Shown here one piece after another: positions 47,523-59,469 of a stretch of 64,000 nucleotides of DNA. The position numbers and the translations under genes are program-made. Source of the DNA: Rebecca billardiae RCC1528 (taxonomy: Eukaryota > Protista > Haptophyta); contig OZ251228.1 in NCBI GenBank assembly GCA_965240325.2, positions 1-64,000 on the forward strand, read 5' to 3'. Numbering within the stretch: position 1 is the stretch's first letter; each line of letters begins with the position of its first letter. The notes under the pieces are model-generated. The model was not told the DNA's origin. It saw only the letters and a list, made by a program, of their open reading frames with translations, and ran no database searches.

Positions 47523-49252
47523 GGCGGCGGCGGCCGCCGGCGGCGCGGCCGCGCGCGGCGGCACCGAGGCGGCGCTCGCGCCTGAGCCGGGCGGCGCGCG
47601 TGAGGGCGCGCGTGAGGGCGCGCGTGAGGACGCGCCGCTCTCCCTGGCCGAGCTCGCGCTGCACGCGGCGCAGTGCGCGCTCTCGCTCGTGCGCTCCTTC
47701 GACGCGTTCCCCACGCCGCTGCCCGCGCACTCGCTGCGGCTGCACGCGGGCGTCGGCGCGGGGCTCGTCACCGACTTCTTCGTCGGCGGCTTTGACCGGC
47801 GCTGGGAGTATCTGCTGGCGGGGGCGCCGGTCGAGCAGATGGCGGAGGCGGCCAACGCGGCGCAGTCGGGCGAGTGCTTCGTCTCGGCCGAGGCGCTCGG
47901 CGCGCTGCGCGAGGCGGTGGGCGCGGACGCGCTGCAGCTGGGACGCGAGCTGCCGCCGCCGCCGCGCCACCCGCCGACGCCCGCCGACGCCGCCGACGCC
48001 GCCGCGGGCGGCGGCAGCGGCGGCAGCGCTCGCAGCGCGGGCGGCGGCATCGGCGGGTGTGTGCACCTGCTGGGCGTGGACGAGGGTGCCGCGGCAAGGG
48101 GCGGCTTCCGCCCGGCGGCGCCGCGCGCGCTGCCCACGCTCGCGTCGGGCGGGCTCGCGCTCACCCCCGCCGCCGCCGCCTCGCTCGACGGCTTCGTCCT
48201 CCCGTCCGTGCAGCGGCGCGTGCTCGCGGGCCGCGAGGCGCGCTGGCTGTCTGAGGTGCGCGCGACCACCATGCTGTTCGCACGGCTGGACGGGCTGGAC
48301 TACGCGGCCGAGGAGGTGGGCGACGCGCTGCAGGCGGCGGTGTGGACGGTGCAGATGCTCGTCGCGCGGCACGAGGGCGACATCCTCCGCCTCCTCGTCG
48401 ACGACAAGGGCACGCGCTTCAAGATCGCCTTTGGTCTCACCGGCCACGAGGATGACGCCGCGCGCGCGGTGCGGCTGGGCGGCGCGCTCGACGCGCACGT
48501 GCGCGCGGCGACGGGGGGCCGCGTGTCGTGCGCGGTGGGCATCGCGTCGGGCGTGGCGTTCCTCGGCGACGTGGGCTCGGACACGCGGTGCGAGCACACC
48601 TCCACCGGCGCGTTTGTCAACCTCGCCGCGCGGCTGATGAGCGCGGCGGGCGCGCGCCAGCCAGACGCCGCGCTCGGCGGCCGCGTGCTCGTCGACGGCG
48701 CGACCGCGCAGCTCGCGGCCGCGGAGTCGGAGGGCGTGCTCGAGTTCGCGGCGCAGCCGGCGCTGGCGCTCAAGGGGCTGGCCGCGCCGCTCGTCGCCTT
48801 CGCCCCCGTCGCGCGCGCCGCCGTCGACCGCGGCACGCTGGGCGCGGAGCGTGGCACGCCGCTGCTCGGCCAGGCGGAGCTGTGCGCCGCGGCGCTGGCG
48901 CACCTCGGCGCGGCGGCGGCGGGCGGCGGCGGCGCGGAGGGCGGCGCGGGCGCGGACGGGCGCGGCGCGGTGTGCGTGCTCACCGGCGCGCAGGGCGTGG
49001 GCAAGTCCGCCGTGCTGCGCGAGCTCTGCCGCCGCGCGCAGTCCACGCGCCGCCGCTCTCTGCTGGTCATGCTCGACGCGCGCTCGGCGGAGGAGCAGCC
49101 GTTGCTGCTGTGGCAGTGCGTGCTCGAGGCGCTGCTGGCCGCGCGAGAGGCGGCGCCGATCCGGCAGGACCTGCAGGCGATCGCCGCCGAGCCGCACCCG
49201 GAGCGCATCCTCGCCGCGCTCGACGGCGCGCTCGGCCTCGGCCTCTTCCGAC

Positions 49253-49290
<38 letters not shown>

Positions 49291-52200
49291 TCGCGCGCGA
49301 CCGTCGGCGGCGGCAGGGGCGGCGGCGGGCCCGCCGCGGCTGGCGGCGGCGGCGCGGGCGCGAGCGGCGCGGACGGCGCCGGTCGGCGCGGCGTGAGCCT
49401 CGCCGCGCCGCCGCCCGACTCGGGCGGCGGCGGCGGCGCGGCGCGCGCGCCCCCGCCGCCGCGCGTTGGCCTCACCCCGCGCCTGCGCAGCCGGCACGCA
49501 GCCGCCGCGCAGAGCGCCGCCGCGCAGGCGCGCGCGTCGAGCGCGTCCGTGCCCGCCTCGCCCGGCGCGCCCGCGCGCCGGATGAGCGTCGGCGCCGCCG
49601 GCCGCTTCGGCGCGGGTGCGACTCGGCGCGGCACGCCGCAGCCGCTGGGCGAGCGCCCGCCCTCGCTGCGCTCGCTGCTGGGCGGCGGCGTGCTGGGGGG
49701 CGCGCGCCGCCGCTCCTCCGCCTCCTCCGCCTCGCTGCCGCCGTGGGAGGGCGCGCGCGAGCGCGGCGGCTCGGTCGCGTCGGTCGCGAGCGCGGGCGGC
49801 GGCGGCGGCGGCGGCGGCGCGCCCGTGCCCACGCCCAGCCGCAACCAGTCAGCGCCCTCGATCGGATCCGACGACGCCGCGCCCGCCGCGCCGCCGCGCC
49901 GCGCGGGCAGCGGCTGCGGCCCCAGCCCGTCCGGCAGCGCGGCGGGCAGCCCCGAGGGCGCGGCCGTGGCGGGGCCGAGCTTCCGCCTCGCGCCCGACCC
50001 GGCGGGCGGCGGCGTCGGCGGCGCGCCCTCCGAGCCCGGCGGCCTCGCGCGCGCGGCCGACGAGGGCGGCGGCGGCGGCGTGCGGCCGGCGGGCCGGGCG
50101 CTGCGCGCGCCGCCCTCGCTCGCGCTGCAAGCGCCGCTGGACGTGGGCGGCGGCAGCTGCAGCAGCCTCAGCTTTGGCGGCGGCGGCGGCGGCGGCAGCG
50201 GCTCCGGCTCGGAGGCGGCGGAGGTGGTGGGCGGCGGCGGCGGCGGCGGCGGCGGCGCGGAGGAGCGCGCGGAGGCGGGCGCGCAGCATTCGCGCACGCA
50301 GCCGGGCACGCCGCCGCCCAAGCCCGCGCCGCCCGCGCGCGCCGCGTGGCTCACGCCGCAGCTGCCCGCCGAGCTGCCGCGCGGCGCGAGCGCCGAGGCG
50401 GGCGTCGCGGCGGGCGCGGAGGGCGGCGGCGCCTTCCGCCCGCCGTTCGCGCGCGCGGGCGCGAGCGACGTGGGCTCGCGCCCGCTCTCCTCGCGGCTGC
50501 TCGCGCGCGGCGCGGCCGCTGGGCTGCAGCTCGCCTCGCCCGCGCGGCGGCGGCACGCGGCGGTGCCGCCCTCGCCCTCGCCGCCGCGCGGCGCGGGCGC
50601 GGGCGCGGGCACGCCGCCGCGCCGCTGGGCGGCGGGGCTGGTCTCTCCCGTGCGCGGCGCCGGCACGCGCCCGCGCGGCTTTGGCGGCGCGACGGTCGCG
50701 CCCGCCGACGGCGACGCCGAGGCGGACGGCGGCGCGTCGTGCGCGGATGGTGCGCACGGCGCGCACGGCCGCACGCGCCCGCCGTCCGCCGGGCCGACGG
50801 TGCTCGCCATCGCGCGCGGCGTGCGCTCGGCGCGGCCCTCGTCGCCCGCGCGGCTCAGCGGCGGCGCGTGCGGCTTTGGCGGCGGCGCGGCCGAGCCGGC
50901 GGCCGCGGGCGCGCCCGCCGCGCGCGCCGCCGCCGCCGCCGAGCCCGGCGGCGGCGGCGGCGGCGGCGGCGGCGCGGGCGGCGGCGCGCGGCGCGCGTCC
51001 GGCTCGGGCGCGCTGCGGCTGCACTCGCGGCTGCTGCGCGAGCGCCCGCAGCTGCTGCCCTCGCTGCCGCTGCTCAACCCGCTGCTGGGCCGCGCGGGCC
51101 TCTCCCTGCCGCACCTCGGCCCGCTCGGCGCCGCCGAGTCCTCCTTCGACGCGTTCGCCGACCTCGCGGCCGCGCTGCTGGGCGCGCTGCTGGCAGAGCT
51201 GGGCGTGAGCGTGCTGGTGTGCGCGGACAATGCGCAGCTGCTGGACGGGCTGTCGTGGCGGCTGCTCGCGCACCTCTCGCGCGCGCGGCTGCCGCTGTGC
51301 GTCTGCCTCGCCGCGCGCGAGCTCGCGCCCGCCGCGTGGCGCGCGGTGCAGCCCCTCGGCGCCTCAGTCCGCTCCCTCGAGGTGAGGCCCCTCGGGCGCG
51401 AGGCGGCGCTGGCGCTGTTCCGCGCGCGGCTCGGCCTGGACCCGGCGTACGCGCTGCCGCCCTCGATCGAGTCCGCCGTGCTGCTGCGCGCGCGGGGCTC
51501 GCCGTTCGTGCTGTGCGAGGTGTGCCGCTACCTGCAGGACACGGGGCGCGTGCGCGCCCCGCCCGCGGCCGGCGGCGGCGGCGGCGCGGCCGGCGGCGGC
51601 GGCGGCGGCGTGGGCGGCGGCGGCGCGCGGCTCTCGCCCTCCGTCTCCGCCGCGGCGATCGCCGAGCTGCCCGTGGCCGAGCAGCGCGTGCTGCGCGCGC
51701 GGCTCGACCGCCTCCCGCCCGAGGCGCAGCGCCTGCTGCAGACGTGCGCCATCATCGGCCAGTCCTTCAGCATGGCGGACGTCGCCGAGCTGCACGCCGC
51801 CTCGCTCCGCGCCGGGCTGCTCACGGAGCACGAGGCGCGCGGCGCCGCCCTCACGCAGCACGAGGCGCGCGGCGCCGCCCTCACGCAGCACGAGGCGCGC
51901 GGCGCCGCCTGCGCGGGCGCGCTCGGCGATGGCGCGCAGCAGCCCAATGGCGGCACGCCGCACGCCGCCGCCGCCGCCGACGGCGCGCAGCTGTCGAGCG
52001 CGGACGGCGGCGGCGGCGGCGTGTACAGCGTGTTTGCGCAGCTCGTCGCGCTGGAGCGGCGGGAGGTGCTGACGATGCTCACGCTGAGCGGCGCGGGCGC
52101 GGACGAGCAGCACGCTGCGCAGCCGCACGCGCACGCGCACGCGCCCCCGGCGCGCGCGCCGCCGCAGCCGCCGCCCGGCTCGCTCGTCACGCGGCGCGCG

Positions 52201-53392
52201 TCGGCCGCGCCGCGCGCCGCGCCCGTGCACTCGGGCGGCGCCGCGCGCTACGCCTTCTCCACGCCGCTCTACCGCGAGGAGGTGCTGCGCGCGATGACGG
52301 ACACGCAGCGGCGCGCGCTGCACGGCGTGGCGGCGCGCTGGCTGCGCGCGCGCCGCGCCGCCGCGCGCTCCGCGCGCGCGTTCGGCCTCGACGCGCTCGT
52401 CGCGCTCGCCAAGCACTCGGCGCGCGCGGCGGAGCACGCGCACGCCGCCGCCGCGTGGGCGGAGGCCGGCCGGCTCGCGCTCGCCGAGGGCGAGTACGAG
52501 GAGGCGACCGCGCTGCTCGCCGCAGCCCTCGACGCGGGCCGGTGCGCGACGGCCGCGCGCCCGCCGCCCGAGCCCGCGCCCGCGCCCACCGCCGCCGCCG
52601 CCGGCGGCGCGACGCCCGCGCCGCACGCGCCGCCGGCCGGCGGCGGCGGCGGTGGCGGCGGCGTGCCGCGCTGGCGCGCGGACGGCGCGGACGCGGCCGT
52701 CGCGTGGCTGCTCCTCGGCGTGGCGATGGCGCACATCGGCGTGCTCGCCGACGCGGCGCGCACGCTGCGCGCGCTCGCCGACGCGACGCCCGACGAGCCC
52801 AAGCTGCTGCTCCGCGCGCCGCCGCTCGCGCTGTGCTGCGCGCCCGCGCCCGGGCAGCGCGCGTGGCGCGGCGCGGGCGCGCGCCGCCGCCTCGCGCGCG
52901 TCGCGCCCGACGACGCTGCCGCCGCCGCCACCGGCGCCGTGCGGCCGAGCGGCGCGGCGGCGGCGGCGGCGGCGCGCGGAGCCGCAGCCGACGCAGACGC
53001 AGTCGCAGACGCCGACGCAGACGAGGGTCGCGCTCGCCCCGTGCTCTCGCTCGGCGACCTCGACCTCGGCGGCGCGGACGCCGCCGCCGCCGCCGTTGCC
53101 GCGGTCGCGCAGCTGCCCGCGGCCGCGCTCGACACGTTCGCGGGCGCGCTCGGCTGGCGCCGCCGCCCGCGCGCGCTCGCGCGCGCCGCGGCGGACAGCG
53201 GCGGCGCGGGCGCGGGCGCGGGCGCCGGGCTCACGCCTGTGCGCACGCCGCCGCCCTCCGAGCTCTCGCTGCGCGGCCTGCGCTCGCGCTCCGCCTCGCG
53301 CTCCGCGCCGCGCTCGGCGCCGCGCTCCGGGCCGCGCTCCTTCCGCACAACGCCCGCGCACACGCCGCCGGGCGCGGAGCGGCCGCGCGCGG

Positions 53393-53444
<52 letters not shown>

Positions 53445-54276
53445 AGGCGGCGGCGGAGGCGGAGGCGGCAGCGTGCGCAGCCGCGAGCGCACGCCGCTGC
53501 CGCGCCGCCCCAAGACGGAGCGCGCGCGCACCGCCGCGCGCTGGACGCACGACGGCGCGCAGGGCCCGCCAGAGCACGCCGCCGCCGCGCTCGCCGAGGC
53601 CGCCGAGCCGGCGGGCCCTGCGCCCTCCGCCACACGGAGCGCTCGCCGCTCGTCGGAGCCGTCGCCGCGCCTGAGCGCGCCGCTGCTGCGCACGACGGAC
53701 GCCGACGAGGACGCGGGCGCGGACGGCGCGGAGACGGCGGCGCCGACCGCTGCCGCCGCGGCGGACGGCGGCGGCTCCGAGTCGGAGGCGGAGGTCGAAG
53801 CCGCGATCGCCGCAGCGGCCGCGCGCGCGGCCGCGCGGCTGCAGCTGCCGGAAGGAGGCGGGGGCGGAGGCGGAGGCGGGGGCGGAGGCGGGGGCGGGGA
53901 CGGAGGCAAAGGCGGCGGCTGGCGGCGGCAGCGCACCGCCGCCGTCTCCACCTCCGCGGGCGCGGCGACGGGCGCGCCCTCCACCCCGCTGCGCCGCGCG
54001 GCGCTCAACCGGCACGCGACCGCGCGGCCCGCGGCCGGCCCCGCGGCGGGCGGCGGCGCGCGCTCGCCCGCGCGCACGCTGTCCGCGCGCGTCTCGTCCC
54101 GGCTGGCGGCCGAGCTGGGCGCAGGCTCGTCCGCGCGCCCGTCGCGCGCCTCCGCCTCCTCCTCCGCCGGCTCCAAGTCCCCGCGCGCGCTCACGCCGCC
54201 CGCCCCGCGCTCGCCCGCGCTCAACTCGAGCGCAGCCGCTGCGGCCGAGGGCGCCCTGCCTCTCTTTGCCATGCCG

Positions 54277-54362
<86 letters not shown>

Positions 54363-56888
54363 AGGCGGCGGCGGCGGAGGCGGCGGCGGCGGAGGCGGCG
54401 GCGGCGCGGCGAGTGGCGCGGCGGCCGCGAGCGCGGGCGGTGGCGGGGCCGACGGCGATGGTGCCGCCGCGGCGGCAACGGCCGGGCCGGCCGGCGGCGC
54501 GTCGCCGGCCGCGAGCGGCGGCGCGGCCGCCGAAGCGGCGGCGGGCGGCGCGGCGGGCGCGCGCGCCGACGCGGCCGCGAGCGCCGCCGCGCGCGCGCGC
54601 GCGCCCGCGCGCGGCGCCGCCGCGCGCGACGGCGGCGCGCGCGGCGCGCAGCGGCGCGGCGGCGCGGCGTGGCGTCTGCGCGCGCTGCTGCGGCCGCCGC
54701 TCTCGGCCGCGCACGCCGCGGGCACCTGCTTCCGTGCGGACGTGGCCGCCGCCGAGCCGGGCAGCGCGGCGGCGACCGCGGCGGCGGCGGCGGCGTGGGC
54801 GCCGCAGGTGGACGGCGGCGGCGCGCGCGCGCAGCTCGCGCTGCAGGCGTTCGCGCTGCTCCACCTCGGCGCGGCGACCGTCGGCAGCTCGCGCCGCTCG
54901 ATGCGCGCCGAGCTGGCGGCGGACGCGGCCGCGCTGCCCGCGCGCGTGTGGGCGCTGTGCGCGCGCGTCGACGGCGCGCGCGCGCACGCGCTCGTGGCGC
55001 TGTGCGCGCCGCTGCTGCCGCACGCGGGGCTGCGCGCGCGCGCCGCCGCCGCGCTGCGCCCGCGGTGCGAGCAGTACGCGCGGCCGCTCACCGACGGCCG
55101 CGCGGCCGCGGCCGCGGCCGCAGTCTCGGCCGCGCAGCCGGGCGGCGCGCGCGCGGACGCGAGCGCGGCGCTGCTGCGGCTGGCGGCGCCGTGCGCGCAG
55201 CTGCTGTGCGCGCTGGCGTGCGCGCGCGACGCCGACTGCGCGGGCGCGCGCGCGTACGCCGAGGCCGCCATCCAGTCCTCCGTCTTCGTGCGCTCCACCT
55301 TCCTCACCCTCCGCGGCTGCCAGGCGCTCGGCCTCTGCCTCTGGGCGCGCGGGGCCATGCTGGATGCCGCGCACATGGCCGCGTACGTGCACGCGCTCGC
55401 GGCGGACTGCGACGCGGGGGCGACAGAGGGGGCGATGCGCTCCGCGGTGGCCGTCGCCGCCGTCGGCGTCGAGGGCGGCGCCGCGCCCGCCGACGACGCC
55501 GACGCCGACGCCGACGCCGGCGGCGGCGGCGTGCACGCGCGCGCGCGCGCCCTCGCGCTGCGCTCGGCGCTGCCGGCCGTGCGCGCGTGGGCGCTGGTGA
55601 GCGCGCACCCCGCGCCCTCGGCGGAGGAGCGGGCGGCCGCGGCCGCGCTGCTCGAGGCGGACGCCGACGCCGGCGCCGGCGCGGCCGCGGCCGCCGGTGC
55701 CGCCGCGCCGCCGCGCGCCGCCGAGGCCGGCGGCGCGCGCGGCGCGCGCGGCGCGGCCGCCGAGGCGGAGGCGGCGGCGGAGGCAGGCGGCGGCGCGGGC
55801 GGCGGCGCGGCGGAGGGCGAGGCGGAGGGGTGGCTGGACGCGATCCCGCTGCTGTGCCGCGTCCGCGCCGCGCTCGACTGCCTGCGCCTCGCCGCGCGCG
55901 ACGCGGCCGCGCGCGACGCCGCCGGCGCGGACGCCGGCGGCGGCGGCGCGGCCGCGGACGCGGACGCGGACGCCGCCGCCGAGCTCGCTGCCGCGCGCCG
56001 CGCGGCGACGCGCGCCGTGCGCGCGCTGCGCGCGCTCGCCGCCGAGTGGCGCTCGCTCGAGCCGCGCGCGTGCCTGCACGAGGGCGAGCTGTGCGCGCTG
56101 TCCGCGCCCAAGTCTGTGCGCGCGCGCGTGCGCGCAGTCGGCAAGTGGCGCCGCGCCGCGCGCCTCGCCGGCTCCGCCGACAGCCCGCACGCCCAGCTGC
56201 GCGTGCGCGCGGAGGCGTTGTCGCTGCTCGCGCGCGCGCTCGGCGCGGACGGCGGCGGCGCGGCGCACATGGGCGGCGCGGCGGCGTGCTACGAGCAGGC
56301 CGGGCTGCACACGCACGCGGCGCTGAGCGTGCGCTGGGTGCGCGCCGCGCGCTGGCTGCGCGACGGTCTCGACGACGACGACGACGACGACGACGACGTC
56401 GACGACGACGACGGCGACGACGACGGCGACGGCGCGGACGGCGCAGACAGCTGGGCGAATGGCGGCGAGCGCGCGCGCGCCGGCCGCGCGCGGCGCGCGG
56501 CTCTGGCGGAGGCGGGCGCGCGCGCGCTCGAGCCGCTGTTGCTCGGCGGCGCCTCCGCGCTGCTCGGCGCGCCGCCCACGGCGGACGGCGCCGACCCGAC
56601 CGCGCCGCCCGCGCGCTGGTGGGCTCGCTGGTGGGGCGCGCACCCAGCTGAGGCGGCCGCGCGCGCCGGCGCGCGGGCCGACCTTGCAGAGCTGCTGGTG
56701 AGAGCGGAGGGGGGCGCGCGCGGCGCGGCGGCGGACGCGCGCGCGGCTGAGAGCGACGCGGGCGGCGCGGCCGAGGCTGGCGCGGCCGAGGCTGGCGTGG
56801 ACGCGGGCGTGGACGGCGCTGGCGGCGCTGAGGGCAGCGCCGCCCACGCCGACGCCGACGCCGCCGACGCCGACGCCGACGACGCGGA

Positions 56889-56919
<31 letters not shown>

Positions 56920-58293
56920 GCCGCGCCCGCCGCCGCCGCGCCGCTGCCCGCGCCCCCGCCCTCCGCCTCGGCCTTGCAGCCGCAGCGGCCGGGCGAGGCG
57001 GCGGCGGAAGCGGAGGGCGGCGCGCCGCACCCCGAGCAGCCCGCGCCCGAGCAGCCCGCCGCGCCGCCGCGCGCGCGCGCGATGGCGCTGCCGCCGCCGC
57101 TGCAGGTCTTGCGCCACTCGTCGGACGCTCTGCTCAGTACCGCACACGCCGACGCGCGCGCGCACAGCCCCGGAGGCGGCGGCGGCGGCGGCGGCGGCGC
57201 GGCTCTGGGCTCGCCCGCGCGCGCGCGCGCGGGCGAGGGCGGGCGCGCGCCCGCGCAGCCCGAGCGAGCGGGCTCGAGGCTGGGGCTGGGGCGCGGCGCC
57301 GCCCTGCCGCCGCTCGCGCGGCAGCCCACGCCCGCCGGATGCGCCGCGCACCCGCTCGGCACGCCCGGCCGCGCGACGCCGCCCGCCGCGCGCGCGCCGC
57401 CCGGCGGCGGCGGCCCGTCCGGCGCGGGCGCGAGCGCGGCGGACGCCGCCGCGTCCGCCGCGAGCGCGCAGGTTCCGTCCTCCTGGGTGCGCGACCACAT
57501 CAAGCTGATCGCCGAGGCGCGCACCTCCGACCACGTCTCGCAGGCCGAGGCGGACGCGCTGATCGCAGACGTGGACAGGGAGAAGAGGCACGTGACGGCG
57601 GACACGCTGCAGGGCCTGAGCTGCCGCGTGAGGCAGCTGGCGGTGACTACGCCCTCCTCGGCGGACGTGCGCGGCGGCGCGCACTGGGGCGCGGGCGGCG
57701 CGGCCGACGCGGACGCGAGGCGCGGCGGGCCGCTCAGCGCCACGCCGCACGGCGGCGCGGGCAGCGGCCGCTGGACGGCACTCGCCTCGCCCTCCGAGCC
57801 CGCCGCCGCCGTGTTCACAACGGTCGCCGCTGCCATGTCCGCCTCGAGGGCGGCGCGGCGCTCGCCCGCGCCCTCTCCGCTGCGCCGCTCGCTCGCCGAC
57901 CCCGACGCCGCCGCCGCCGCCGCCGCCGCCGGCGGCGGCAGCCCCAAGTGCCGCCGCGCGCACGCCTCCGCGCACGCGCCGCCGCTGGCGCCGCCGCACC
58001 GCCCGCTGCGCCCGGCGCGGCTGTCGGCGGACAGCGCGGGCGCGCGCTCGGCGCGCACGTCAGGCGGCAGCAGCGGCGTCGGCACGGGGCCCGCGCCCTC
58101 GCCCCTGCGCCATGGCGGCGGCGCCAGCTCGCTCGCGCCGCCACAGCCCACATCGGCGCCGCGCGCCGCCGCGCTGCCCGCGGGCGCAGAGCCAGAGGGC
58201 GCCGGCGCCGGCGTGCCGCCGCATGTGACAGCCGGCGCCGGCCTTGGCGGCGCAGCCGGCGCGGCCGACGCCGCAGTGCCGCCGCCCGAGTGA
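46078..58293 (+). CDS. Giant soluble adenylyl cyclase (ADCY10/sAC-type)-STAND NTPase with N-terminal cNMP-binding-like domains (4071-aa ORF)
   Basis: cNMP-like YEPGGTILRAGE..LLLLSAG..GD.AL..RSAALVRART; C1 FVDISGFTKLS and IKFAGDAML; C2 DDKG and VNLAARLM; Walker A GAQGVGKS; Walker B-like VCADNAQLLD; GSPF; ARLDRLP; helical/TPR-like region. Confidence 0.88.
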
Positions 58294-59469
58294 GCGCCGT
58301 CTCTCGGCTGATGGCCCCGCCTGACGAGTGACGACAGGCGGCGCTCGGGCTACCGAACGGCCGTAAGAAACCGAGCCGCACCCGGCGCGGTAGTCGTGAC
58401 GGATGGCTGCTCTGCCGACTCGGACTAGCTTAAGCTACGATACTTTTATTTATTATTGACGAAGCGCGCGCGATAGTGCCGCCTGCGGCAGAGTACTCCG
58501 GGCCCGCGCCGCGATCATCGGCGGCGCGGGCCCGGTCGGCTGCTCTGTTTAGATGACGCGACGATGACATCCTAGCGCCGTCCCGCGCTGCCGCTCGGCG
58601 TAAGTGCAGCGCATCAACCGCCGCAGCCGCGAACGCCCGTAAGCCCGGCGCGCGTCAGGCGGGGCGGCCGCGGACTGCTGACGATATGCTGACGACAAAT
58701 ATCGTATATATATATAATCGTCGTCAATATGCCGCCGGTCGTCAGGCGACACAGCATCATCATCGTCATCCGGTCATCAGTTACCAGTGGCGCAGCAGTC
58801 CGGCGGATCGTCAGGCCCCGCGGCGGCCCGGCGCTGGCGCGCTGGCGCTGCACGGTCCGACGGTCCGCCGGGCGGCCGGCGGCCCGCCGCCCGCCCGCCC
58901 GGCTGCGCCGCCCGCGGGCGCGCGGCCCGCCCGTCGGCCCGCCCGAGGCCGAGTGGCCGCGACTATCCGTCGACTGTCGCGACTATGTATATATATGTAC
59001 GACGTAGCAGCGCAGCGAATCCTACATCAGCAGCAGCGCGCTACAGCGCATTGATGTAGTCGTCGTACCGCGTCCACGACGCTGAGTCGCGCGGCATGGG
59101 CATCATCATCAATCGTGATGATGATGATGCGTCGTTTGGCGCTCGGCACGACGACTGCTGCTGCATTGTATCGTCGTCAGTCAGCCGATGGTCGTGGCGG
59201 CGAGAGCGGCGCCGTGCCCGGGGCGCGGCTGCACGCCGGGCGTCGCGCGTGCACTGCGCGATTGCGCGCCGGCCGTCGCAGCCGGCGGCGAGCAGCCCGA
59301 CGGCTGACTGCCCGACCCAGAGCGGCAGAACGGCCCAGCGGCCGCGCGGCGCCGCCGCCGCCGCCGCAGCGCGCGTGGGGTGCGCACGCGTGCGGCCAGC
59401 AGCAGCGGCAGCAGCGCGCTGCGCGGCTCGAGCGCGGGGCAGCCGGGCGCACGGCCGGCGTGGCGCGGC

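Noticed and set aside
48528-57999. 2707-aa, 2211-aa and 1333-aa overlapping ORFs as nested genes
   Set aside because: Shadow frames lacking stops because of extreme GC; no motifs.
46078-58293. Bacterial antiviral STAND/cyclase defence operon or contamination
   Set aside because: Host-like codon usage, contiguous with intron-containing genes on a telomere-bearing sequence, and sAC-like domain order.
58690-59010. GC-rich core between two TATA runs as a MITE
   Set aside because: No convincing terminal inverted repeat could be aligned.
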